Shown: positions 17,307 to 26,783, numbered from the stretch's first letter. The stretch: DNA of 64,000 bases from Patescibacteria group bacterium (GCA_041664365.1 JBAYKW010000002.1:11858-75857), one strand, 5' to 3'. Program-made: numbers and translations. The notes: a model not told the origin generated them from the letters alone.

Positions 17307-18530
17307 ATGCCGGATATCACAAAGGTAAAATTAGATTTTCCGATTTTAAGCCAAAAAATGAACGATCAGCGTTTGGTTTATCTTGATAATGCCGCAACAA
17401 CCCAAAAACCAAAAAAAGTTATTGATGCAATAACAGAATTTTATGAAAAGTATAATGCCAACACGCACCGGGGGATTTATCAGCTGAGCGAAAAGGCGAC
17501 TGCTATGTATGAAGATTCCCGGGAAAAGGTGAGAGCATTCATCGGCGCGGAAAAAACTGAAGAAATAATTTTTACGCGTGGAACAACCGAGTCAATCAAT
17601 CTGGTGGCTTATTCCTGGGGTAGGAAAAACATTGAAGCGGAAGACGAAATATTGCTGACGGAAACGGAACATCATTCCAATATTGTACCATGGCAATTGC
17701 TGGCAAAAGAAAAAGGGGCAGTAATAAAATATATTCCGGTAGATAAAAATGGCAAGCTGAATTTGGATAATATTGACCAATATTTCACGAAAAAAACCAA
17801 GCTTCTGGCGCTAATCCATGTTTCCAACGTGCTCGGTGTCGTTAATCCGATCAGGGAAATAATTACAAAGGCGCATACTAGTGGTGTGCCGGTTTTGCTA
17901 GATGGCGCGCAGTCAACTCCGCATATGCCGGTAAATGTCAGGGAGCTCGATTGTGATTTCTTTGCTTTTTCCGGGCACAAAATGCTAGGTCCGACGGGAG
18001 TTGGCGTATTGTATGTGAGAGAAGATATTCTGGAAGAAATGCCCCCGTTCTTATCCGGCGGCAATATGATCCGGGAAGTGACCATGGCGGAAACAAAATT
18101 TGAAGACCTGCCTTTAAGGTTTGAAGCGGGGACAATGCCGATCGCACAGGTGATCGGGCTCGGTGTGGCGATTGATTATCTGAAATCAATCGGTATGGAA
18201 AATATCTGGCAGCATGAACAGGAAATAGTAAACTATGCTTTAGCAAAGATCAGAGCGATCAGCGGAGTCACCGTATATGGGCCGGAAGAAACGGTTGAGC
18301 GTAGCGGTGTGGTATCTTTCGCGATTGACGGTATTCACCCGCATGATTTAGCATCTGTTTTAAACGAAGCCGGCGTAGCGATCCGGGCCGGGCATCATTG
18401 CGCCCAGCCACTACTCAGTGCTTTGGGAACGGAAGCAACAGCGCGCGCCAGTTTTTATATCTATAATGACCAGAAAGATGTGGATCAATTAGTGGATGCG
18501 ATTAATCAAGCGATTAAAATATTAAAATGA
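17307..18530 (+). CDS. sufS: cysteine desulfurase SufS (class V aminotransferase)
   Basis: PLP site FFAFSGHKMLGPTGVGVLY and the catalytic region RAGHHCAQPL. 407 aa. Confidence 0.85.
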   Translation: MPDITKVKLDFPILSQKMNDQRLVYLDNAATTQKPKKVIDAITEFYEKYNANTHRGIYQLSEKATAMYEDSREKVRAFIGAEKTEEIIFTRGTTESINLVAYSWGRKNIEAEDEILLTETEHHSNIVPWQLLAKEKGAVIKYIPVDKNGKLNLDNIDQYFTKKTKLLALIHVSNVLGVVNPIREIITKAHTSGVPVLLDGAQSTPHMPVNVRELDCDFFAFSGHKMLGPTGVGVLYVREDILEEMPPFLSGGNMIREVTMAETKFEDLPLRFEAGTMPIAQVIGLGVAIDYLKSIGMENIWQHEQEIVNYALAKIRAISGVTVYGPEETVERSGVVSFAIDGIHPHDLASVLNEAGVAIRAGHHCAQPLLSALGTEATARASFYIYNDQKDVDQLVDAINQAIKILK

Positions 18531-18901
18531 GCATCTCGGATATTTATCGCGAAGAAATTATCGATCACGCGAAAAATCCGCGTAATTACGGAAAACTTGC
18601 TGATTTTGATTTTGAACACAAGGAGAATAATCCGGTCTGCGGGGATACAATAACGTTTCAGCTGAAATTGGACGGACAAAAAAAGGTAAAAGATATTGCG
18701 TTTGAAGGCAATGGCTGTACAGTTAGTCAGGCCGCAACTTCCCTGCTTTTTGAATCGGTTAAGGGAAAGACGGTTAGAGAAATTAAAAAATTATCACAAG
18801 CTGATGTGCTGGATTTACTGGGCCTCGACAATATTACTCCTTCGCGGGTAAAATGTGCCCTGCTTTCCTTGGAAGCATTAAAGAATGGGATTAAACAATA
18901 A
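18527..18901 (+). CDS. sufU: SufU/IscU-like Fe-S scaffold or sulfur acceptor
   Basis: NPVCGD...GNGCTVSQAATSLL...KCALL give three conserved Cys in NifU-N-like spacing. Start overlaps the sufS stop. Confidence 0.7.
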   Translation: MSISDIYREEIIDHAKNPRNYGKLADFDFEHKENNPVCGDTITFQLKLDGQKKVKDIAFEGNGCTVSQAATSLLFESVKGKTVREIKKLSQADVLDLLGLDNITPSRVKCALLSLEALKNGIKQ

Positions 18902-18962
18902 ACCCTATCATAAGATTGATAGGTTAGAATATAGTAGCAACTCATAAATTAACCAAAAAAAT

Positions 18963-19544
18963 ATGAAATACGAATTACCAAAACTTAATTATTCATACGA
19001 TGCGCTAGAGCCTTACATCGACAAGGAAACGATGGAAATCCATCATTCTAAACATCACCAGGCTTATACGGACAACTTTAACAAAGTCCTGGAATTGCAT
19101 CCGGAATTATCGGAGATGTCGGTTGAAAAACTGCTGGCGGACGTTAATAATTTGGAAATTGAGGAGAAGGACAGAAATGTAATCCGCAACCACGGCGGTG
19201 GGTATTATAACCATAAATTGTTCTGGGAAATTATGGATCCGGCCAATACTAAAGATGCGGCATTAGTTGCAGATTTGGAAAGAGATTTCGGTTCTGTGGA
19301 TGCGTTCAAGGAAAAGTTTAATGAAGCGGCTAAATCCCAGTTCGGTAGCGGGTGGGCATGGCTCGCGCGAAATCCGGAAGGCAAACTGGAAGTTTATTCC
19401 ATGCCAAACCAGGACAGTCCGCTGCAGAAAGGGCATACGCCGATCCTGCTACTTGATGTCTGGGAGCATGCTTATTATCTCAAATACCAGAATAGAAGAC
19501 CGGAATACATTGAAAACTGGTGGAAAGTAATTAAATTAATCTAA
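18963..19544 (+). CDS. sodA: Fe/Mn superoxide dismutase
   Basis: LPKLNYSYDALEPYIDKETMEIHHSKHHQAYTDN and the C-terminal DVWEHAYYLKYQNRRPEYI are SodA/SodB hallmarks. Confidence 0.85.
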   Translation: MKYELPKLNYSYDALEPYIDKETMEIHHSKHHQAYTDNFNKVLELHPELSEMSVEKLLADVNNLEIEEKDRNVIRNHGGGYYNHKLFWEIMDPANTKDAALVADLERDFGSVDAFKEKFNEAAKSQFGSGWAWLARNPEGKLEVYSMPNQDSPLQKGHTPILLLDVWEHAYYLKYQNRRPEYIENWWKVIKLI

Positions 19545-19562
19545 ACTTGTAAAGGAAAAAAT

Positions 19563-20282
19563 ATGCATCATAATGAAAAAGAATGCGAATGCACGGGAGA
19601 CTGTGCAGAAAACGGCGAATGTAATTGCAAAGAAACTGGTGATGATTGCTGCAATGAAAACAATTCAGGCGTTTGTGATTGTGATTCAGACGATTGTTGC
19701 GAAGACAATGGCGCGTCAGGATGTGATTGCGATGAGGCAGATGACTGCTGTTGTGATGGGGGCAATATACAGGTCAACAAACCCGCTCCGGGATTTACGC
19801 TGGAGGGGATTGATAAAGAGGGTGTTAAGAAATATGGTCTAAGTGATTACAAGGGAAAATGGCTGGTGTTGTATTTCTATCCGCTCGATTTCACCTTCGT
19901 CTGCCCGACTGAAGTAACCGAGTTTTCCAAAAGGTTGAAAGAATTTGAGAAACTCGATACCAAGGTCCTGGGGTGCAGTACGGACAGCGTGCATTCACAC
20001 AAAGCATGGTTGAAGGAACTGGGTGACCTCGGCTACCCACTGCTTAGCGATATGACACACGAGGTAAGTAAAAGGTATCAGGTTCTACTTGAAGATGAAG
20101 GAGTCGCACAACGCGGATTATTCATCATTGACCCTGAAGGTGAACTGCGATACCAAGTAGTTCATGATTTCGATGTCGGACGCAATGTTGACGAAGTTTT
20201 GAGAGTATTAGAAGCTTTGCAAAACGGTGGTTTGTGCCAAGTCGGCTGGAAACCGGGCGATAAAACGTTGAAAGAGAAATAA
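19563..20282 (+). CDS. typical 2-Cys peroxiredoxin (AhpC/Prx1 type) fused to an N-terminal Cys/Asp/Glu-rich metallothionein-like extension of about 70 aa
   Basis: Peroxidatic FTFVCPTE and resolving C-terminal GGLCQVGWKPGDKTL. The N-terminus MHHNEKECECTGDCAENGECNCKETGDDCCNENNSGVCDCDSDDCCEDNGASGCDCDEADDCCCDGG contains 20 Cys. Confidence 0.75.
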   Translation: MHHNEKECECTGDCAENGECNCKETGDDCCNENNSGVCDCDSDDCCEDNGASGCDCDEADDCCCDGGNIQVNKPAPGFTLEGIDKEGVKKYGLSDYKGKWLVLYFYPLDFTFVCPTEVTEFSKRLKEFEKLDTKVLGCSTDSVHSHKAWLKELGDLGYPLLSDMTHEVSKRYQVLLEDEGVAQRGLFIIDPEGELRYQVVHDFDVGRNVDEVLRVLEALQNGGLCQVGWKPGDKTLKEK

Positions 20283-20295
20283 TTGCTGCAATTAA

Positions 20296-20326
20296 AAAAT
20301 CCCGCTCTGAAAGAGCGGGATTTTTG
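20296..20326. terminator. bidirectional rho-independent terminator
   Basis: AAAAAATCCCGCTCT-gaa-AGAGCGGGATTTTT lies between convergent genes. Confidence 0.65.
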
Positions 20327-20336
20327 ATATGTATGA

Positions 20337-20573
20337 TTATTCCTGGGCGGTATAACCGGCCTTTTTTATTTCAGCGGACATTTTCTCCGGAGTAACCTTT
20401 TGCGGATCGTAAATCACTTTGGTTATCTGTTTGGCGTAATTTGTGGTGCTTTCCAGTACTCCGTCAAGTTCTTCCAATGCGCCGTCAATATTCATAGCAC
20501 AACTGGGGCAATGCATGCCGGATATCTTGAATTCTATTTCGGTACCTTCTTTTTTTGGTTTCGAATTGAACAT
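20337..20573 (-). CDS. copZ: heavy-metal-associated (HMA) domain copper chaperone
   Basis: GMHCPSCAMNIDGALEEL is the MxCxxC ferredoxin-like metal-binding fold. 78 aa. Confidence 0.75.
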   Translation of the reverse strand: MFNSKPKKEGTEIEFKISGMHCPSCAMNIDGALEELDGVLESTTNYAKQITKVIYDPQKVTPEKMSAEIKKAGYTAQE

Positions 20574-20590
20574 ATATTTCGGTTACTTAA

Positions 20591-21655
20591 TTAAATAACT
20601 TCCATTACTCCGGTGTACATGCCCATCGAGCAGGCGAAGACGAATTTACCTTTTTTCTGCGGTGTGAATTTAAAGGTCTGGGAGTCGGTCGGGTCCAGCA
20701 GTTCATAAATTTCAAATTCTTTGAAAGTAAAAGCGCTGGCACAGGAATAAGTATCCTCAGTTTTTACCGTTAATTCTACCGGCACTCCCGCCTGCACCTT
20801 GAAACGATTGGGACTGTAGCCGTTATTTTCCACATCAATTGTAATTCTTTGCACATTTTCCGAATCCATCAGTGACGGATCTGATAACGTAGCAAAATCC
20901 ACCGGCTCTTTTGATTCATCAAATAATGCAAGTTTAATCCGCTGCCAGGAAATCGGCGCATCCATTGCCTGCAAAGCCCCATTAATTCCGTAAAGAGACA
21001 TGAATATCAGTAATACGGCGGCGAATTTCATAAATTTTATTTGCATAGAGCCGGAAAGTTTGGCGGTAACAATTCCGATTAAACCGAAGACCGGCGCGGT
21101 CCCCAGAACAAACATAAACATTATTAATGCACCCATAACTGGGCTACCACTGTTAATTGCTAATACTTCCATCGCTTGAGTAACACCGCAGGGGATAAAG
21201 ATCGTAAAGAATCCTAATGTAGCGGGTGCAAAAAAGTAATTAGCCCTGCTGGTTGAACGCACCCAGCGTTGCATAAATTTCGGCGGCTGGAACATGACAA
21301 ACCGGAACATCGGGTGGACATTTAATAGATTCAGCGCAGTTGCCAGCATAAACAGGGCGGCCAATATCTGGAAAGTAATTCGTACGCCAAAACTTAGTGT
21401 CAGTACGGAACCTAATGCGCCAAGTAAAAATCCTAAAATTGTATGGGAAATCAATTTAGCGGAAAGGAACATCACTACGGGCATGACATTGTCCCTATGT
21501 AAAATGTTTTGTGTTTTTTGCTTTAATTCTTGATTATCCTGATTTTCTTTTCTTTTTTGATTGGCGACCACTGAAGCAAGCAAGCCTCCTTGCATCGCGA
21601 CACAGGAGATTCCACCCGTTGTCAGTCCGGTCAAAAATACTAGCCAAAGGTCCAT
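20591..21655 (-). CDS. polytopic membrane protein (DsbD_2/TauE-like permease fold) with a C-terminal cupredoxin-like Cys/Met-rich domain; probable copper handling
   Basis: Multiple TM helices in the N-terminal two-thirds. The C-terminal beta-rich domain carries YSCASAF...FACSMGMYTGVMEV. Sits in the cop operon between copA and copZ. Confidence 0.5.
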   Translation of the reverse strand: MDLWLVFLTGLTTGGISCVAMQGGLLASVVANQKRKENQDNQELKQKTQNILHRDNVMPVVMFLSAKLISHTILGFLLGALGSVLTLSFGVRITFQILAALFMLATALNLLNVHPMFRFVMFQPPKFMQRWVRSTSRANYFFAPATLGFFTIFIPCGVTQAMEVLAINSGSPVMGALIMFMFVLGTAPVFGLIGIVTAKLSGSMQIKFMKFAAVLLIFMSLYGINGALQAMDAPISWQRIKLALFDESKEPVDFATLSDPSLMDSENVQRITIDVENNGYSPNRFKVQAGVPVELTVKTEDTYSCASAFTFKEFEIYELLDPTDSQTFKFTPQKKGKFVFACSMGMYTGVMEVI

Positions 21656-21659
21656 TTGT

Positions 21660-23897
21660 TTATTCCTTAGTTATCTGTTTAGTTAAAGATATTGTTTTTA
21701 AACGCAAGGCATTGGTCACAACCGAAATACTGGAAAAGGCCATTGCCATGCTGGCTAGCATTGGATTTAAACGAATGCCGAAGAATGGAAATAAAATTCC
21801 CATGGCAACCGGTATCAGCAAAATGTTATAGCCAAACGCCCAAAGCAGATTCTGACGGATATTATTCATGGTTACTCTGGCAAGTTTTAAAGCTTTTGGC
21901 ACTAATAGAAGATCCCCCCGCAATAGCGTAATGCCGGCGGATTCAATCGCTACACCTGTACCCTCATCCATTGCAATGCCGATGTCTGCTGTTGCCAGCG
22001 CCGGTGCATCATTTACGCCGTCACCAACCATAGCGACAACTGCGCCCTGACTTTTCCTCTTTTTCACTTCCTGCTCCTTATCTTCTGGAAGCACCTCCGC
22101 GCTGAATTCATCGATCTGGAGCGTTTTGGCAATTGTCTGTGCCGTATTATAATTATCACCTGTAATCATTACTGAATTGATTTTCATCGCTCTTAGTTGT
22201 CCGATTGCAGCTTTGGAGTTTTCTTTTGGAGCATCTGAAATATCAAATCTGATTTTTATTTCATTATCAATTGCTACAAAAACCAGCGTACCATAATCAA
22301 CCTGTGTCTCCATAATTTTTGACGGGTCAGATATATTTCTCTCCCGCATTAACTTGGCGGTTCCAATCAAGACTTGTGAACCGTCAACAGTAGCGGTTAC
22401 TCCGCGACCTGGCAGATCTTCAAAATTTTCCACTTGCTGTGCTTTTTTTATTCCCAATTCTGCCAGATAATCAACAATAGATTTGGCTAAAGGGTGCTGT
22501 GACAGTTCTTCTGCGGCCATTGCTTGCGACAAAGCGAAATTTTTTTGTTCGTGCTCTAATCCGGAGGCAGAAACCAGATTGTTTACCTCCGGCTTGCCGA
22601 CGGTTAGTGTCCCTGTTTTGTCAAAAATTACCACAGAAACTTTTTTAGCCGCTTCCAGTATTTCCGCGTTTTTAATTAAAATTCCGTCCCGAGCCCCTCG
22701 TCCGATGGCAACGGTCAGGGAGGTGGGGGTAGCTAAACCCAGTGCGCACGGACAGGCGATAATCAGAACAGAGATCATACTGACCAGTGCATTGGGTAGT
22801 TTGGGGTCCGGTCCGAAAATAATCCAGATAACAAAAGTAATTATGGAAAGCCCGATTACAATCGGTACAAAGTATGAGGAAATCTTATCCACCAATTTTT
22901 GAATCGGCGGTTTTGACCCCTGTGCCTGGCGCACCATGTTAATAATTTGCGACAACCTGGTTTTTTCACCGATCTGCTGAGCTTCCATCTCAAAAGCTCC
23001 GGAAGAGTTGATGGTGGCGGCAAACACCGAATCCCCGGATTTTTTTTCTACCGGCATGCTTTCCCCGGTCAACATGCTTTCATTAACTGCGCTGCTGCCG
23101 CTGATTATTGTGCCGTCAATGGGAATTTTTTCGCCCGGCTTAACCATTAATACATCTCCGATACTTATACTATTAACCGGCACGTCTTCCCATTTATTAT
23201 CTCTTTTTACGTGGGCAACCTGTGGTTGGAGCTGCAACAGTTTTTTTATCGCATCTGAAGCCCTGCCCTTAGCGCGTGATTCCAGATATTTTCCAAGTAG
23301 TACTAATGTCAGAATAGCAGCTGAGGTTTCAAAATAAACATGGTCATCAATACCTTTGTCCATTAAATAACTTGAAAATAGTAGAACAATCAGTGAATAG
23401 CCGTAAGCAACAGACGTTCCCAATGCAACCAAAGTATCCATATTGGTTGTTTTGTTCTTTAGCGCAGACCAGGCACTGCGATAAAACCCGGAGCCAAGCC
23501 AGATTTGAATCGGTGTGGCCAACGCAAGCATTACCCACCGGTTCATCAAAAATTCCGGCGCGCCGGGTAGCATCGCGCCAATAATTAATCCTAGTGAGAG
23601 AATACTGCCGAATATAATTTTCTGTTTCAGCGATTTTAATTTCTCTTCATGTTCGTGTTCTGTTATCTCTTCTTCTTTTTCTTTATCCAAAATGGCTTTA
23701 TAACCCAGTGAGCTGACGATTTCAGCGATCTTTGATTCATTAATCGTATTTGGATCATAATCTAGATAGGCCTGCTCGTTGGCATAATTAACTGATGCGT
23801 CTTGGACACCGTCAGCTTTTTTTAGTTTTCTCTGGATATTCATCGCACATGATGCGCAGTGCATTCCGGAGACATGAAAATCAATTGATTTAGACAT
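21660..23897 (-). CDS. copA: copper-translocating P1B-type ATPase
   Basis: N-terminal [17 protein letters not shown]6 CPC motif [13 protein letters not shown], phosphorylation site DKTGTLT, and hinge GDGVNDAP. Confidence 0.9.
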   Translation of the reverse strand: MSKSIDFHVSGMHCASCAMNIQRKLKKADGVQDASVNYANEQAYLDYDPNTINESKIAEIVSSLGYKAILDKEKEEEITEHEHEEKLKSLKQKIIFGSILSLGLIIGAMLPGAPEFLMNRWVMLALATPIQIWLGSGFYRSAWSALKNKTTNMDTLVALGTSVAYGYSLIVLLFSSYLMDKGIDDHVYFETSAAILTLVLLGKYLESRAKGRASDAIKKLLQLQPQVAHVKRDNKWEDVPVNSISIGDVLMVKPGEKIPIDGTIISGSSAVNESMLTGESMPVEKKSGDSVFAATINSSGAFEMEAQQIGEKTRLSQIINMVRQAQGSKPPIQKLVDKISSYFVPIVIGLSIITFVIWIIFGPDPKLPNALVSMISVLIIACPCALGLATPTSLTVAIGRGARDGILIKNAEILEAAKKVSVVIFDKTGTLTVGKPEVNNLVSASGLEHEQKNFALSQAMAAEELSQHPLAKSIVDYLAELGIKKAQQVENFEDLPGRGVTATVDGSQVLIGTAKLMRERNISDPSKIMETQVDYGTLVFVAIDNEIKIRFDISDAPKENSKAAIGQLRAMKINSVMITGDNYNTAQTIAKTLQIDEFSAEVLPEDKEQEVKKRKSQGAVVAMVGDGVNDAPALATADIGIAMDEGTGVAIESAGITLLRGDLLLVPKALKLARVTMNNIRQNLLWAFGYNILLIPVAMGILFPFFGIRLNPMLASMAMAFSSISVVTNALRLKTISLTKQITKE

Positions 23898-24366
23898 ATT
23901 TTTTGGGATTTTTTAAAAATTCTTTTTTACAACCCGAAGCGCAGAAATAATAAGCGGTTCTTTTATAATATCCGGAAAAAGCCGTGTGCCTTGGTAATAC
24001 TTTCATTTTGCAAACGGGGTCAATGAATTCCGGAACAGCCGGTAGGGCAGAGTGGTTAATTACCGTTTTTTCCTGTGTCCGGTCGGCAAGGATTCTTTGA
24101 ATGGAATCCAGCACCTTAATAAATTCGGGGTGGGAGATGCAATATTTTATTTCTTTGCCGTTCCGCTCAGTAACTACTACACCCTCGCGGCGCAGTACCT
24201 GCAGATGCTGACTGATGTTGGCCTGGCTGATTCCGGTCATTTTTTTCATTTCCGACACGGTCAGGCAGTGACTACGCAAAAGCTGCATTATTTCAATGCG
24301 TTTAGTGTTTTTTATCGCCTCGATTAATCGGGCGTATTGCGTGTAATTAATGTTAGACATATTCAT
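23890..24366 (-). CDS. ArsR-family HTH metalloregulator fused to a C-terminal YHS/TRASH copper-binding domain
   Basis: [33 protein letters not shown] followed by DPVCKMKV...YYFCASGC, which is YHS-like. First gene of the divergent cop operon. Confidence 0.65.
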   Translation of the reverse strand: MNMSNINYTQYARLIEAIKNTKRIEIMQLLRSHCLTVSEMKKMTGISQANISQHLQVLRREGVVVTERNGKEIKYCISHPEFIKVLDSIQRILADRTQEKTVINHSALPAVPEFIDPVCKMKVLPRHTAFSGYYKRTAYYFCASGCKKEFLKNPKKYV

Positions 24367-24406
24367 AGTTTTGAATATATCATCACATTAAATCTCTGTC
24401 AAATGG

Positions 24407-24436
24407 GGTAGCTTGGGTGACGTCACCCAAGCTACC
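24407..24436. promoter_or_regulatory. perfect 30-bp palindrome (15-bp arms) in the divergent intergenic region between the cop regulator and the purA-like gene
   Basis: GGTAGCTTGGGTGAC|GTCACCCAAGCTACC read directly. A TTGACT-17-TAAGAT promoter for the purA-like gene follows at about 24445-24473. Confidence 0.6.
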
Positions 24437-24517
24437 CACTGCGTTTGACTCAATTCAGATGTTTTTGTAAGATGATAGACCGTTTTAGTGAGGATTTTCG
24501 GACCAGGGGAGGGTTAT

Positions 24518-25867
24518 ATGCCTATCGACACGATTTGTGGTCTCCAACGGGGAGACGAAGGCAAGGGCGCGATCGTTGATCGCAAACTGGCCTCAGGTAA
24601 GTACACCTGGAATGTCCGTTTCCAGGGAGGTGCCAACGCTGGCCACACTGTGAAGGCTGGTGGAAAGAAGTTGATTCTGCACCAAATCCCTTCTGGCGTC
24701 ATGCACGAGCGGGTCAGGCTGGGCCTCGGTCAGGGCATGATTATCGATCCGTTCGGTCTCCGCGATGAAGTCGAACAGCTTCGGGTTATGGACATCGATG
24801 CGACGGCGCGACTGTGTGTTTCTTCCGGTGCCAAGATCGTCTGTCCGTGGGACAAGCTCCTGGACGGCGCGATCGATCGCGTGCGAGCCAAGGCTATGGG
24901 CATGCAGGTCGCGGAGGGCGGCGGCGTCGGTACTACCAACCGCGGGATCGGTCCCGGCTATGCTAATGCGGTGTCACGGGACGGCATCACGGTGGCGCAG
25001 CTGGTCCGGCCGAACGTGCTCTTCAATCGGATCAAAGTCGTGGTCCCGGTGATCAACTGCATGATCCGCGGTGTGCGCCAGGAGCTGGATTTATCGGAAG
25101 AGCAGCTACCGGAGTACACTGTTTCCGGTGCGTTTGAACAGCTCGCTCCGATCGGCGAATGGATGTCGCTGATTGCGTATCCGCTGCATGAACTGCTGCG
25201 GGTTGCACTTATGGAAGGTGAATTCTTACTCGCAGAGGGCGGACAGGGTTATTTCCTGTCCAACGACTGCACTGTGAGCTATCCCAGCTGCACTTCCTCG
25301 ATCACGACGGCCAACGCCGTTTTCTCGGGGCTCGGACTCGAACTGCGAAGAAGCTGGATCGGTAGCACGATCGGCGTGGTCAAGGCGTACCAGACGGCAG
25401 TGGGTAATCATCCGATGCCCACCTACATCGGCAACGAGTACCAGGAGCGTATCCAGCGGATCGGTGGCGAAATCGGCGCGTCGACCGGCCGGATACGTGA
25501 CTGCTGCTGGCTGAACGGTTTGGAGCTTCGCGAGGCTGCTCAGTTTTGCGACGTGATCTACGTCACCAAGCTGGATGTGCTGTCCGGGATTCCGCTGATT
25601 CCGATCGCAACCGCCCTGCATCCTGACAACCATGCTCCGAATCATCCAGTGCTGACCGATCTCCCGCAAACCTGGGAGGAGTACATGCTCTGCCAGCCGA
25701 TCTACGGCATCAACGTGACCGGCTGGAACGAGGACATCTCCGGCATTCGCAGGATTGCCGACTTGCCGAGCAGTGCGCAGGAATACTTGGCTACGATTGC
25801 CAAGATTGCGTCCAGGATGGTCATCTGCGTCGGTGTCGGTCCTGAACGCGAGCAGTTCTGCGTTTAG
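24518..25867 (+). CDS. purA: adenylosuccinate synthetase family protein (PurA-like; substrate specificity not resolved)
   Basis: GLQRGDEGKGAIVD (P-loop, catalytic Asp), RFQGGANAGHTV (catalytic His retained, first His replaced by Ala), GTTNRGIGPGY, GASTGRIRDCCWLN, TKLDVL. GGGGAGGG RBS before the ATG at 24518. About 62% GC. Confidence 0.7.
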   Translation: MPIDTICGLQRGDEGKGAIVDRKLASGKYTWNVRFQGGANAGHTVKAGGKKLILHQIPSGVMHERVRLGLGQGMIIDPFGLRDEVEQLRVMDIDATARLCVSSGAKIVCPWDKLLDGAIDRVRAKAMGMQVAEGGGVGTTNRGIGPGYANAVSRDGITVAQLVRPNVLFNRIKVVVPVINCMIRGVRQELDLSEEQLPEYTVSGAFEQLAPIGEWMSLIAYPLHELLRVALMEGEFLLAEGGQGYFLSNDCTVSYPSCTSSITTANAVFSGLGLELRRSWIGSTIGVVKAYQTAVGNHPMPTYIGNEYQERIQRIGGEIGASTGRIRDCCWLNGLELREAAQFCDVIYVTKLDVLSGIPLIPIATALHPDNHAPNHPVLTDLPQTWEEYMLCQPIYGINVTGWNEDISGIRRIADLPSSAQEYLATIAKIASRMVICVGVGPEREQFCV

Positions 25868-26155
25868 CAGCTCTTTTGGGAGGTAGTGGGGAGTGTATGC
25901 ACAAGCATCCTTCCCATTTTTTTATTCAAAAGTATTCTTAACTGCCGAAAACTATAATTTATTTGGTTTCTGAAGATGCACTTTATGGGACTTTTTTAAA
26001 GCTATTTGACATTGAATTATGGATAGGAGTATTATAAATCCACGTAAACAAAAACCAAAAAAAATTAGAAACCTTCGCAGCTATGGGGTTATTTTTTTCC
26101 GCCCATTTTACAAAAATACGTTTAAAAATGTGAAAAGTGGGGAGTTTTGACAGAT

Positions 26156-26204
26156 ACTATATTTTGTGATACAATTACCATTAGAACCACAATATATAGT
26201 GTTG
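26156..26204 (+). promoter_or_regulatory. pair of NrdR boxes upstream of nrdR-nrdJ
   Basis: CACAATATATAGTGTT matches the NrdR-box palindrome acaCwAtATaTwGtgt. A weaker box ACTATATTTTGTGAT sits about 32 bp upstream. Confidence 0.5.
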
Positions 26205-26288
26205 TACATGTTTTGAAAGATACGGTGTGGGGTGAAAGACCCAAATTTACCGCTTATACATAAAAAAGCTATATTTTTTTGAAAAATT

Positions 26289-26765
26289 ATGCAGTGCCCT
26301 GTGTGCCACAATATGGATAGTAAAGTTATCGACTCCCGTTCAATAGAAGAAGGGATTGCTATTCGCCGGCGCAGAGAGTGTGAAAAATGTCAGTTCCGAT
26401 TTTCAACATATGAAGAGGTGGAAATTCTGGACCTCTCGGTGGTTAAACAGGACGGTCGCAGAGAGGTATACATTCGTGAGAAGATTGAAAACGGATTGAA
26501 GCGGGCGCTCGAAAAAAGGCCGGTTGACCGTGAAGCATTCCGAAGACTAATCAGTCATATTGAAAGGGATATTCAACTTCGTAGCAAACCGGCATCCGCA
26601 AAAAATAACGGAGCACGCCGGGAGATAGAAACTTCCAAAATCGGAGAGATTGCCATCAAGCATTTGAAGAAATTGGATCCCGTAGCCTATATCCGTTTCG
26701 CATCCGTTTATAAATCTTTTGAAGACATTGATTCATTTAAAAAAGAACTTAAAAAAATAAGCTAA
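26289..26765 (+). CDS. nrdR: transcriptional repressor NrdR
   Basis: MQCPVCHNMDSKVIDSR...RRRECEKCQFRFSTYE zinc ribbon followed by an ATP-cone. Confidence 0.85.
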   Translation: MQCPVCHNMDSKVIDSRSIEEGIAIRRRRECEKCQFRFSTYEEVEILDLSVVKQDGRREVYIREKIENGLKRALEKRPVDREAFRRLISHIERDIQLRSKPASAKNNGARREIETSKIGEIAIKHLKKLDPVAYIRFASVYKSFEDIDSFKKELKKIS

Positions 26766-26783
26766 TTAATTATAGGAGGCGCC

